64,000 bases of DNA from contig NC_092377.1 of assembly GCF_030028105.1 (NCBI RefSeq), forward strand, positions 89,186,569 through 89,250,568. The letters run 5' to 3'. Under the pieces are notes generated by a model, which was not told the DNA's origin, searched no databases, and saw only the letters and a list, made by a program, of their open reading frames with translations. This document shows positions 1 through 11,718 of this stretch, one piece after another. This DNA is from Mobula birostris (lineage: Eukaryota). The first letter of the stretch is position 1, and each line of letters opens with the position of its first letter. The position numbers were made by a program, and so were the translations under genes.

Positions 1-130
1 ACTACCCATACACCTTTGGAATGGATGTGGCAGGAAATTCACGTGGTGACATGGAGAATGTACAAATTCCTTACAAATAGCAGTGGGAATTGAAGCACAA
101 ATGCTTGCGCTAACCGCTACACTACTACAC
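1..130 (-). mobile_element. degenerate tRNA-derived SINE (V-SINE/HE1-like)
   Basis: GAGAATGTACAAATTCC and GGGAATTGAA...GCTAACCGCTAC resemble the reverse complement of the V-domain and tRNA head. Confidence 0.45.
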
Positions 131-139
131 ATTCTCTCC

Positions 140-760
140 AAGTCTTCCTGTATACTCAGTTATTAGCTCGTGCCCTTCACAACATATTTTGATCCAGCTT
201 TCATGTCCTGACTTGCCCAAGTGTATGCCCTCACATGTCCAACTCATTTCCATCTGCTACTTTGCCCACCTTAGCTATCAAGATCCTTTTTTAGCTTTCA
301 GCAAAGTTACTCATTATTTCTGTTAGTTATTCAGTATTCAAAGTTCTTGCACTACTTATTGTTCAAGATAATGTCATCCACAAGCTTTAATATAATGACT
401 CTCAATTCTATCATTGACATCTACCATATTCCTGGATGACACCACTAGCTCATTATGCCAAATGGTTTACATACTCCTGGTCTTTGGTCCCCGCCTCAAT
501 TTCCTACCCGAGTAAATAGGTGGACCCTAATTCTGCCTGCTCTCAGTGTTGCTACCAGTATCTTATGCAGAACTTTAATGAACACCTTCTGGAAGTCCAT
601 ATAAATAATACCTATAGAACCAATCTAATCTACTGAGTTTGCTTCCTCCTCAATGCGTGTATGTATTAAGTTTGTCAAAATGCTTAGTCCTTCAACAGAT
701 TCCAGTAACTTTCCAGCAACTGACTTTTGACTAGTTGACTTATAATTTTCTAGCTTATTT
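140..760 (-). mobile_element. old CR1-type LINE fragment
   Basis: Degenerate RT motifs on the minus strand, e.g. GAACACCTTCTGGAAGTCCATATAAAT (YMDFQKVF). Confidence 0.5.
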
Positions 761-1044
761 CTTACTTATAGTCTTACTCAATGTTGCAGTGAACAAAGCT
801 TGAACCAGCAGTGTTTTGAATGATCATGACCAATGCACCCAGGGTTTTTGTATCTATTTATACTCATACCCTGGATGGAAAAGTGCAATAAACATTGCCA
901 ACTATCAATCACTTGTTTTACATCACTGTGCAAAGCACAAACATACTTCCCTGTCTATCCTCTCTACTTTATAGTTAAGCTATTAACTATAAAATAAAGT
1001 TCATTAATTTTCTTTTATCTCACTGAAGGTGCCTCTCCCAGTTC

Positions 1045-1490
1045 ATCATAATCATTATGAGCCATGTCGTATGACATGGATGATTGCATCTTCCATCCGC
1101 CCCTAATCTGTGAGGGACCACTGCCTGTGGGAAGACCACCCACTCTCCCCCCAACCCCAAGCTGCCGCCTCCATTCCTTTCTCTACCCATGACCATGATT
1201 CACGAATGTTCTTGGCAAATTTTTCTACAGAACTGGTTTGCCAGTGCCTTCTTTGGGGCAGTGTCTTTACAAGATGGGTGTCCCCAGCCATTATCAATGC
1301 TCTTCACAGATTGATTGCCTGGCGTCAGTGGTCACATAACCAGGACTTGAGATCTGCACAAGCTGCTCATATGACCATCCACCACCTGCTCTCACATAAC
1401 CCTGATCAGGGGGCTAAGCAGATGCTACACCTTGCCCAAGGGTGACCTGCAGGCTACCTCATTTGTTATAGACATATCTCCACCCACTCT
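1045..1490 (-). mobile_element. RTE-related non-autonomous element/SINE
   Basis: Contains TGGTTTGCCAGTGCCTTCT, a variant of the RTE/BovB-type 5'UTR motif in reverse, with a (TCA)n-like end near 1045. Confidence 0.4.
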
Positions 1491-1493
1491 CCC

Positions 1494-2708
1494 TGTCATG
1501 GTCCGGTCTTTAAAGTCTGCATTCTGGTTCACAGTCCGGTCCGTGGACTCCAGACTCTGTGTCTTCTGGCTGTCCCTTGCTTCTGTTGGGCTTAATCATA
1601 GGCACCTGATTCTCATCTTGGGGTTGGGAATATAAGTGACCCTGGGGTTGAGTGTGGTGGGTGGTTTGTCTTGTCAGTATCCCCTTGGAGCAACCTGCTG
1701 GTGGAAGGCTACAGCAGCCATTTGTGATCTCTAGACCTGGTTGGAGGACCACTGCTTCATGGAGCTGTGTTGTCTCTAGTTGGAGCAGTCATTGTGGTGT
1801 GGATTTGGCTGTCTCTGGGGACAGCTGAGTGGCTGTTTGCCACTCTAAGCCAGATATGGATTTGGCTGTTTCTGTAGCCAGCTAAGGTTGCTGGCTGCCC
1901 TGAGACTCTGAGCCACCCTGGATTGAGTTCCTTTCCTGTCTTTGCCTCTGTGGGGTAAGTCAGGCTGTCCTTGCTATTACCCTGAGGTTGGATCTGTCCC
2001 TTCTTGTCCTTGCCTCCATTGGATAAGTCAGGCTGTCTTTGCTGTTATCCTATGGTGGGATCTGTCCTTGCCTCTGTGGGGTAAGTCAGGCTGTCCTTGC
2101 TGTCACCTGCTGTTACCCTGTGGTTGGATCTGCCCCTTCCTGTCCTTGCCTCTGTGGGGTAAGCCAGGCCATCCTTGCTGTTACCCTGAGGCTGGACTGT
2201 TCCCTTCCCCTCTCCATCTGAATCCCTGACAGTTTCCTTGGTGGTTTACCTTAGCAGTCATCCTGGCCCTGCACCCTAGTAAGCATCCTGGCCTGGCGTC
2301 CAAGGAAGGGGCCTAGCCCTGCGAAAGCATCCTGGCCCTGTGCTCTAAGAAGGAGTCCTGGCTCTGTACTCAAGGGCCTAACTGAGCTGAGCCTCAAAGA
2401 ACCCAAGCCTGTATCCAGTCCTGTAGCCACATCATGTCCTCGCCTAGTTCTGGGGTCCGAGCCTGAGTCAAGACCCAGGTTCTGGGTCCTTGTCCAGTGC
2501 CTGGCTCGAGTCCAAGCCCAGGCTCCTAGTTCCTAGTTCCTTGTCCTGGTCCTGCTTTCCTAGCTAAAGTCCTAGCCCAAGTCTGTGTTCCTGTCCCAGT
2601 TCCTAGTCTGTGTGCAGTTCTGTCCCTAACTCTAGTCCAGTCCAGTTCCCAGTACTTCAGTTTCAGTGTCTTGCATTTGGGTCCACCCTCAATGCCCACC
2701 TTGTGACA
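1494..2708 (+). mobile_element. solo LTR (Gypsy-type), 1215 bp
   Basis: Termini TGTCA...TGACA with a perfect 5-bp TSD CTCCC (1489-1493, 2709-2713). CACCTG followed by TATAA at ~1603-1635; TTGCATTTGGGTCC near the 3' end. Confidence 0.8.
1935..2215. repeat. tandem repeat of ~60-70-bp units inside the solo LTR
   Basis: About four copies of TGTCCTTGCCTCTGTGGGGTAAGTCAGGCTGTCCTTGCT...GGATCTG. Confidence 0.8.
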
Positions 2709-2984
2709 CTCCCAATTGCGTATCCATATTGTTTTCTTTTTTTATTACATTGTCATCACTGCTTCCTATAGTTTTCTTGTTTCTACATTCCCCACTCCAT
2801 GTTCTGGAACTGGATTCAGCACTTTTCTTGGACTAAATTCTTACAAGCAGTTCTGGACAGACTGAGTGTCCTTTGGTATTAACATTATCAATACACTAGT
2901 CTAGCTATGACTAGTGAATCCACACGCCAATGTGCTTGCTCAATTTCCCCTAATGAGTATTTTTTTTTCTCTAAGAGGCACAAC

Positions 2985-3250
2985 AGTGGCAGAACAGGCC
3001 CTTCGGCCCATCATCAAGGACACAGTTACACTAATCCTATTTCATTTTCCCCCTATCCCTCCAGGTTCCACCACTCACCCACGTACTTGCGGCAATCCAC
3101 AAGGACCAATTAACCCACCGACCTGCACGTCTTTGGGGTGCAGGAGGGCCCAGGGGAAATCCATGTGGTTGTGCACACTTCCCACAGAACAGCAGCAGAA
3201 CATGGGGTTTCATCTGGGCCTCTGGAGCTCTGTTAGCTGCAATACCATGT
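2985..3250 (-). mobile_element. degenerate SINE with CR1-type tail
   Basis: GAACAGGCCCTTCGGCCCA is a CR1 3' tail in reverse, followed by V-SINE-like body remnants. Confidence 0.4.
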
Positions 3251-3857
3251 CATCAAAGTACTTGCCTAATTTTAGTCTGCGTAGTGCTGTATCCTCAATA
3301 GTTTGGAGACACAGGAGAACGTAGAAGCCATAATCTGGAGCAAAGAGAATTAAACTAACCAGTAGAGGCAAGGAAAGAAAAGAGGTGGAGCAAGATCTCC
3401 AAAAACAACCCAGTGCGGCAATCCTGAGATTGTGAAAACAAGGATGTTAACCAGATGTCCTAAACCTAATGGAAACTCCGACTTGGGTTCTCTGGGTTAG
3501 TTCAGCGGTCCAGTGCACCCACAACGCTCCTCCCAGTAACTGGTATGGTGAACATGTAAAGTCAGATATTAAGGAGTTCAAATTCCATTATACTGACCTC
3601 CTTACCCGTCCCCACCCGATACGTGACTCCAGACCCCCACCAGGTGATTGGTTCTTAACTGCTTGGGGAAATGATAAAGGGAACTGCTTCAGGAGTGATA
3701 AATGTCCAACTGAATGTCAACGAACTAAAAAAAAAAGTTCCTAATCATATTTAGTTACTATGAAGAAATAGTCGGTGGAGCCGAACACAAGGTGGTTTTC
3801 ATAAGGTCACAGCCCTCATTTTGTCTCTCCCCGGCCCGGGCCGGGAGAGTCACTCAC

Positions 3858-3983
3858 CTCAGGCACCCGGCGACCGGCTGCCGGGGAGCCCGTCCAGGCC
3901 AGCGAGCGCAGCGCCCGGTTACTGTTGACATCGATCAGCTCCAGGACCGGAGAGCCCGAGTCTACCCCTCTGGAGAAGGACAT
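3858..3983 (-). CDS. CCDC170: probable first coding exon of CCDC170
   Basis: In a CpG island. ATG at 3983 gives 42 codons MSFSRGVDSGSPVLELID...AGRRVPE ending at a consensus donor GAG|GTGAGT (phase 0). Same strand and downstream of ARMT1, as in the human ARMT1-CCDC170-ESR1 order. Human exon 1, as recalled, also ends ...PE at phase 0. Identity rests mainly on synteny. Confidence 0.55.
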
Positions 3984-4061
3984 CGGGAATCTGCCTTCCA
4001 CCGCCGACAGACTTGAAGGTAATCCCCGGGAGCCGATCCGTCCAGCAGCACTGTTACCAGG

Positions 4062-4076
4062 GTTTCCCGGGGCAAC
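4062..4076. promoter_or_regulatory. RFX X-box motif in the CpG-island promoter (~3760-4180)
   Basis: GTTTCC-CGG-GGCAAC fits GTNRCC-N0-3-RGYAAC with one mismatch and lies ~80 nt upstream of the candidate ATG. Confidence 0.6.
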
Positions 4077-4224
4077 GCTTTGTAACAGGACCTCAAGGAG
4101 GAGCTAGGGCATGAAGGGGCGTTCACATGGGGCTGGGATTCCTTCAAGAGGAGTGGGAGGTCCCGAAAGAGCCGGAGCTAATAGAAAATGTTCGGAAGTA
4201 CAGTGTGGGATCTGGAGTTATAAA

Positions 4225-4600
4225 AACTAGAGCGGGTACAGGCCAATCAGCTTTTCAAATCTGCTCTACCATTCAATATGATTTAAACTGATTGTTCAAA
4301 TTCAGTATCCTGTTCCAGCAAAAATTCCCATATCCTTGTAACAGATAAATATCTAACCCCTTCTTGAACATATTTAATGATTTAGTTTCCACTGCTGTAG
4401 TAGAGAATTCCACGGGTGACCATTCTCTCGGTGAAGAAATTTAATCCCATCTCCGCCTCATTTTTTTACGGTTTATCCTTAGATTGTGACTCTTGATCCT
4501 CTCCATCTGGAACACCTTTGTGTATGCAATCTGTCCAATTCTGTCCGAATTTTGTACATTTCTGCGAGATCTTCTCTAATTCTTCTAAGCTCTGGTAAAT
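4225..4600 (-). mobile_element. CR1 LINE 3' fragment (target of the Penelope insertion)
   Basis: Minus-strand ELRRIREDLAEMYKI-type CR1 C-terminal peptide; the sequence resumes after 6697. Confidence 0.65.
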
Positions 4601-4714
4601 ATAAGATTAATTGACGCAAACACGAGGAATTCTGCAGATACTGGAAATTCAAGCAACACACATCAAAGTTGCTGGTGAACGCAGCAGGCCAGGCAGTATC
4701 TCTAGGAAGAGGTA

Positions 4715-4752
4715 CAGTCGACGTTTCGGGCAGAGACCCTTCGTCAGCACTA
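4715..4752 (-). ncRNA. minimal type I hammerhead ribozyme motif (Penelope pLTR)
   Basis: Minus strand TAGTG CTGACGA A GGGT-CTCT-GCCC GAAA CGTC GACTG; one stem I mismatch. Confidence 0.7.
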
Positions 4753-5493
4753 ACTGAAGGAAGAGTTAGTAAGAGATTTGAAAGTGGGGGGGAGGAGATC
4801 CAAAATGGTAGAAGAAGACAGGAGGGGGAGGGATGGAGCCAAGAGCTGGACAGGTGATTGGCAAAGGGCATATGAGAGGATCATGGGACAGGAGGCCCAG
4901 GGAGAAGGAAAAGGGGGAGGGGGGAAACCCAGAGGATGGACAAGGGGTATAGTCAGAGGGACAGAGGGAGAAAAAGGAGAGTGAGAGAAAGAATGTGTGT
5001 ATATAAATAAGTAACGGATTGGGTACGAGGGGGAGGTGGGGCATTAGTGGAAGTTAGAGAAGTTAATGTTCATGCCAGCAGGTTGGAGGCTACCCAGACG
5101 GAATATAAGGTGTTGTTCCTCCAACCTGAGTGTGGCTTCATCTTTACATTAGAGGAGGCTGTGGATAGACATGTCAGAATGGGAATGGGATGTGGAATTA
5201 AAATGTGTGACCATTGGGAGATCCTGCTTTCTCTGGCGGACAGAGCGTAGGTGTTCAGCAAAACGGTCTCCCAGTCTGCGTCGGGTCTCGCCAATATATA
5301 GAAGGCCACATCGGGAGCACCGGAAGCAGTATATCACCCCAGCCGACTCACAGGTGAAGTGTTGCCTCACCTGGAAGGACTGTCTGGGGCCCTGAATGGT
5401 GGTAAGGGAGGAAGTGTAAGGGCATGTGTAGCACTTGTTCCACTTACAAGGATAAGTGCCAGGAGGGAGATCAGTGGGGAGGAATGGGGGGGC

Positions 5494-6287
5494 ACATCTG
5501 CTCTCAGGATGAGTCTTTTCATTCCAGGACAAGGGAGATGTCCTCCTTTTTTAAAGAAAGGGGCTTCCCTTCCTCCACCATCAACTCTGCTCTCAAACGC
5601 ATCTCCCCCATTTCATGCACATCTGCTCTCACTGCATCCTCCCGCCACCCCACTAGGAATAGTGTTCCCCTGGTCCTCACCTACCACCCCACCAGCCTCC
5701 GGGTCCAACATATTATTCTCCGTAACTTCCGCCACCTCCAACGAGATCCCACCAATAAGCACATCTTTCCCTCTCCCCCCCTCTCTCTGCTTTCCGCAGG
5801 GATCGCTCCCTACGCGACTCCCTTGTCCATTCATCCTTCCCCCCCATCCCTCCCCACTGATCTCTCTCCTAGCACTTATCCTTGTAAGCGGAACAAGTGC
5901 TACTCTTGCCCTTACACTTCCTCCCTTACCACCACTCAGGGCCCCAGACAGTTCTTCCAGGTGAGGCGACACTTCACCTGTGAGTTGGCTGGGGTGATAT
6001 ACTGCGTCCGGTGCTCCCGATGTGGCCTTCTATATATTGGCGAGACCCGACGCAGACTGGGAGACCGTTTTGCTGAACACCTATGCTCTGTCCACCAGAG
6101 AAAGCAGGATCTCCCAGTGGCCACACATTTTAATTCCACATCCCATTCCCGTTCTGACATGTCTATCCACGGCCTCCTCTACTGTAAAGATGAAGCCACA
6201 CTCAGGTTGGAGGAACAACACCTTATATTCTGTCTGGGTAGCCTCCAACCCGATGGCATGAACATTGACTTCTCTAACTTCCGCTAA
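5494..6287 (+). CDS. Penelope-like RT C-terminal/linker region and GIY-YIG endonuclease (5'-truncated)
   Basis: ...FFKERGFPSSTI...VPLVLTYHP...FTCELAGVIYCVRCSRCGLLYIGETRRRLGDRFAEH...VATHFN...LQPDGMNIDF*. Confidence 0.85.
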
Positions 6288-6583
6288 TGCCCCACCTCCC
6301 CCTCGTACCCCATCTGTTATTTATTTTTATACACACATTCTTTCTCTCACTCTCCTTTTGCTCCCTCTGTCCCTCTGACTATACCCCTTGTCCATCCTCT
6401 GGGTTTCCCCCCTCCCCCTTTTCCTTCTCCCTAGGCCTCCTGTACCATGATCCTCTCATATCCCCTTTGCCAATCACCTGTTCAGCTCTTGGCTCCATCC
6501 CTCCCCCTCCTGTCTTCTCCTATCATTTTGGATCTCTCCCTCACCCTCCAACTTTCAAATCTCTTACTCACTCTTCCTTCAGT

Positions 6584-6621
6584 TAGTCCTGACGAAGGGT
6601 CTCGGCCTGAAACGTCAACTG
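6584..6621 (+). ncRNA. minimal type I hammerhead ribozyme motif (Penelope pLTR)
   Basis: TAGTC CTGACGA A GGGT-CTCG-GCCT GAAA CGTC AACTG; mismatch next to the cleavage site. Confidence 0.7.
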
Positions 6622-6739
6622 TACCTCTTCCCAGAGATGCTGCCTGGCCTGCTGCGTTCACCAGCAACTTTGATGTGTGTTGATAAGATTAATTGACCCA
6701 ATTTCACTTCTTACATCAATCCTGCCCTGACCATTGGTA

Positions 6740-7290
6740 CATTGGTTCATTATTGTCACATTTACAGAAGGACAGTAAAAATCTTCCATACAGAACAATT
6801 TATTACAACAATGAGGTAGCACAAGGTAAAACAATAATTTGCAGAATAAATTGTTACAGTTACAGAGAAAGTGCAGTGCATGTATACAATAAAGTGTAAT
6901 GTCACAATGTGAGGTCAAGGGTATATCTTATTGCACCTTTTAATGGAATAGAAGTTGTCAAACCTGGTGGTACATGCTTTTAGGCTTCTGTATCTTCTGT
7001 CCAATGGAAGGTGGAGGGGGGAAAAGAGAATGTTCAGGGTGGCTGGGGCCTTTGATTATGCTGACTGTTTTACTGGGGCAGAAAGAAGTGTAGGCAGAGT
7101 CCGTAGCGAAAAGATTCGTTTCTGTGATGTGGTGGGCTGTATTGTCATGGGCAGAGCAATTGCCACACTAAGCTATGATGTATCCAGATAGATAAAAAGG
7201 GTCAAAGGGGATAATGCCAGATTCCTTCAGCCTCCTGAGGAAGTAGAGGCACTGGTGAGCATTCTTGGCTGTGGTGTCAACAAGGCATCT
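6740..7290 (-). mobile_element. Rex1/Babar LINE 3' fragment, degenerate
   Basis: CCTGGTGGTACATGCTTTTAGGCTTCTGTATCTTCTG and CCTCCTGAGGAAGTAGAGGCACTGG (QCLYFLRRL on the minus strand). Confidence 0.6.
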
Positions 7291-10200
7291 AATGTACCAC
7301 ATGAGTTCCCAGCTACTGTCCTATTCAATCTGACAGATAACATTATCTAGGTGTGTTCAGGAACTTTCCCAGGACCCAGTCAATATATATTGTTCTATCA
7401 ACATCAGTATGACCAGATGAATGACGGCTAAAAGCTGGCTCTAGAGACTTGTACGCAAATGACCTGCTGTCCTTTTATAAATGCAAACTTTCCCTTTTCA
7501 AGGTGGTTGCGTCAAACTCTTTTCCATCATCACTAAATGTGCATTTTGAATGAAGAAGATTAGGAAGGATTATGAACTCACTCAATGGTTTCCTTAACCC
7601 TGTAGGAAGTTTGATCAGACTCATTTATTTCCCAAAAGACCCAACAGAATAGAGTATGTAATCTAGCCCAAAGGTTTTATGCTCATTGGAGGTGTGTGCA
7701 TATAATTTATCTACCTGCTAAATGAGAGGGTTGCTCTATAGATTAGCAAATCTTTTGTATAAGCATATTGGTATAAAAGTACCTTAGCATTATACCCAAC
7801 ATATAATTGTGAAATATTATATGTAGGCATGTCCCTTGTTAGGGAGTATTCTGGAGTTATGTGAATATAGCAGATATTAATTGAAATAAGAACCAGGTGT
7901 CAGTTCTTACTGTAAATGCAAAAAAGTTCAGGAGGTTTGTAATTAGCCTTCAGGTTTTTATTTTGTAGATTGCAAGCAGCTATTGACTATTATCAACTGA
8001 TCTAGGTTTGGCAATTCACTACACAACTCTGCACTTTATTGTCTCTGCACAAGGATCTATGTTGATCCTGGGCTAACAACTTAACTTAAAACCTGAATTC
8101 TACCGTTCTCTCTGTACCACTTCTCCAATTTATAACACTGAAATACAGGGTCTCCCATTGGCCAAATGGTTGATCCTTCTTCTCCCAACCCCTGGCATGG
8201 GGGATCTTCCTTGTGATAGTTAGTCTCCTTGCTACTTTGCATTTAAAGCCTCTTAATGATAGGTCAATTTGGCATTATTGGACCAAATCTCGCTGGCATT
8301 TCCACTGTGAACTGCCATCACTTACCTTGATAAATACAAAGTAAGTTAAAACGTAAGTTAAGCACAAGTAATTTCTAAGGTAGGGACATGCTCGGCACAA
8401 CTTTGTGGGCCAAAGGGCCTGTATTATGCTGTAGGTTTTTCTATGTTTCTAAGATTCTCAACAGTGAATCCAACAATGCACTGCCCACTGGACTCCAGCA
8501 GTTACCCAGTATGTGACAACAGATTGCATCAGTGTTGACCTGACATAGAATCCTTCAGCTTTTCCACTCCAACGCAAGTTTCAGTGTTGCAATGAAAGTA
8601 AAAGTATGTTATGCGTTTCATATAAAATATTACTTTAAAAATAATCAATCACCTGAAAGTGTTTTTAGGTGACAATTTTAAAAAAGTATTTATTTCAATT
8701 TTAGCAATTCATAAAAGCTTCTGATCATCAACATTTCATGACAAGGGTTTCTCAAGAGTTCTGTCAGCAGGGATTATGACATGACTTAATTAAGTTAGGT
8801 GCTGCTCGTGGGCCTTTCCATCAGGTCTAAGATGTTTTCAGTCAGCATGTGGGACCTCAGTTTGTGGTTGGGGTGGCTCAGGTCCCCAATGACCCTTTGT
8901 GCCCTTTTTACACACCTGTCTTTGTAAATGTCCTTAGTAGTGGGAGTTTCACATCTACAGATGTGTTGGGCTGTCCGCACCACTCTCTCCAGAGTGTTGG
9001 AATCTGGAGCAACATAAAAATACTGGAGGAACTCAACGAGTCAGGCAGTATCTGGCTGGATGCCTCCAGTCCAGAACAACAGTAGGGCCAGGCTCTGTTT
9101 AATTCACTTTTGAGCAGAGATGGTCTCATGCAAGAGGATGGTATTTACAAAGGCAGTTCCTGGCTCAAGTGGAGCACACAAGGATGAAAGTAACAGAAGC
9201 AGGAGGAAGCCACCTGGGCTTTTGTGCTTCCTCTTCCTTTCAATAAGATCCTTCACCTCAGCATCACATTCCTGTACTAACCCCACACTCTTAGATTCCC
9301 ACAGTACCCAAAGACCTACCCATTTCTGTTGTGTATTGCACTGTACTGCTGGCACAAAAAAGAACAAACCATGACATGTGTGAGTGAAGATAACCCTGTT
9401 GCTGATATGGGTCTCTGTTGTGGACTGAGAGTGGGAAACTGAGAGGGAGAAGGGAATCATGATTGGGAAAAGGGGAAGGAAGAGGAGTGGGATTAGGAGA
9501 CAACAGAGGCAATTCTGTAATGATCAATAAACCAACTGTTTGAAATCAAATGACCTTGCCTGATGTCTCAGGGCTGGGTCTGTCTGCTCCCGCACCACGC
9601 CTCACTGTTGGCAGTCCTTCTCTGCCACCTGTCCCACACCCCGCATGCAGCACTCCATCCTCACCATTCCCAGCATCCTTTACTCCCACCAGATTTAAAA
9701 ACTTGCTCTCTGCTGCACGTTGACAAATAGTGTACCGTGCAAAGGTTTTAGACACCCTAGCTATATGTATGTGCTTAAGACTTTTGAACATACTGTATGT
9801 TGGTGCCTGAAGTGAGATGAGCATCACTTGCTGGCTGCCCCCAGCACAATCCTCAGACTGTGTTGGTCATTGATGTAGGCAGCACATTTCATTGTATGTT
9901 TTAATGTATATGTGACAAATAAAACTAATCTTTAATCTGTGAGATTAGGGTTTAGATCAAAATTCTAATCAGGGTAGGGTGCAACTTGGAAAGAAACCTG
10001 CAGGTGGTAATGTTTTCATATTTGTGCTTTGTTGACCTTGACAGTAAGTGATGTGGATTTAGAAGCTGCTGCCTCAGTAGCTGAAGTGATAAACTGCAGT
10101 ATGATTTGTGGATGACACCTACTACAGCCACTGTGCAACAGCAGTGGAAGGAATGAATGTTTAAAATGGTTGTCATGGTGCACATCAAATGGGTTGCTTT

Positions 10201-10424
10201 GTCCTGGATGATGTTGAGCTGCACTCGTCGTGATGAGTAAGGAGTACTTCACCAGACTCCCGACTTGTGTCTTGTAAATAATGAAAAGTCTTTGGGATGT
10301 TGGGATTTTCTCTTTTTTAAATCCATTTCTACATAATGAAAATGATAGTTAATTCTGTATTTAGCCACTGCTTGGATGGGACAGATATCCACACAAGAAT
10401 CTTCCATCAAGGAGAGCCAGAAGC

Positions 10425-10583
10425 AAATCATAAACATGAGATCCTGCAGATGCTGGAAATCCAGAACAACACACACACAAAATGCTGGAGGAACTCAGCA
10501 GGTCGGGTAGCATCTACGGAGAAGAATAAACATTTGGCAAGACCCTTCATCAGGACAGTCCTCCAGCACTTTGTGTATGTTGA
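10425..10583. mobile_element. short Penelope-terminus foldback element
   Basis: CTGCAGATGCTGGAAATCC...CAAAATGCTGGAGG...CCCTTCATCAGG followed by inverted CCTCCAGCACTTTGTGTATGTTG; partial hammerhead core. Confidence 0.6.
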
Positions 10584-10889
10584 GCTGGACATAATGGTGC
10601 TATTGTTTGTTTGTGAAACAGATTCTAGAATACACCTGAACTGTCTCGTCTATTTTTAGTATGAGTATTAGGAACTCTTTTAGTGATTGTTGCAGTTAAA
10701 ATTGATCATTTTTCTCTGGTTATTTTGACTTGGTGGCAGGGAATGCTCCTTACTGAATAGGTCCGGGATGCCTTACAAAGGGAAACCAAGGCTAAACTAT
10801 GTCGAGACTGTAAAGATGGGAATGACTCCAGCTTGGGTTCAAAGAGCAATATGATCAAACTTTGCCCTACATTCACACACTTACTTCAG

Positions 10890-11718
10890 GAGGAGGAAAC
10901 CATAAGTCCATGAGCCAGTTCCCATCGGATGATCAGAGGTCAAGAAGGTCAGCAATTTTCAATTCCTTGATGTTATCATTTTGGAGGATTTGGCCTGGGC
11001 CCAGCACATAAGTGCAATTATGAAGAAAGCACAACAGTCCCTCTACTTCCTTAGGAGCTTGCAAAGATTTGGCATGATATCAAAAACTTTGAAAACTTTT
11101 ATAGATGTGTAATGGGAAGTATATTGACTGGCTACATCACAGTCTGGTATGGAAACACCAATGCCCTTGAATGCAATGTCCTACGAAAGATAGTGGATAC
11201 AGCCCACTCCATCATGAGTGCCCTCCCCTCAATTGAGCTATCTACACAAAGAGTTGTTGCAGGAAAGCAGCATCCATCATCAGGGACCTGCACCACCCAG
11301 ATCATGCTCTTTTCTCATTTCTGCCATCAGGAAGAAAAAATAGAAGCCTCAGGACTCGCACACTACCAGGTTCAGGAACAGTCATTACCCCTCAACCATC
11401 AGGTTCTTGAACCAAAGGGGTTTAACTTCACTTGCCCCATTATTGAAATGTTCCCACAACCTATGGAATCACTTGCAAGGACTCTCCATTTCAGGTGCTT
11501 GATATTTATTGCTTGCTTATTTATTTATTTATTCTCTTTTGTATTTGCAGTTTGTGGTCTTCTGAACACTGGTTGAACGCCCAAGGTGGTGCAGTCTTTC
11601 ATTGATTTTATTATATTATTCCATTATGTATTTATTGAGTATGCCCACTAGAAAATGAATCTCAGGGTTGTACATGGAGACATACATGTACTTCGATAAT
11701 AAAGTTGCTTTGAACTTT
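10890..11718 (+). mobile_element. Rex1/Babar LINE 3' fragment
   Basis: KKAQQSLYFLRSL...SILTGYITVWYGN peptides; (TTTGAAC)n tail at ~11709-11719. Confidence 0.75.

Larger units (their letters stand above)
4616..6682. mobile_element. Penelope-like retroelement insertion, inverted pair of 3' ends
   Basis: Arm 4616-~5490 is the reverse complement of ~5840-6682, and both arms encode GIY-YIG motifs. 15-bp TSD ATAAGATTAATTGAC at 4601-4615 and 6683-6697. Confidence 0.92.

Noticed and set aside
1935-2215. Cys-rich repeat ORF (1942-2229) or CRISPR-like array
   Set aside because: It is a degenerate tandem repeat inside a solo LTR with no unique spacers, and the ORF starts at TTG.
9729-9798. Tiny Tc1-type MITE (GTGCAAAGGTTTTAGACAC...GTGCTTAAGACTTTTGAAC)
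   Set aside because: The inverted repeats are too degenerate to fix boundaries or a TA TSD confidently.
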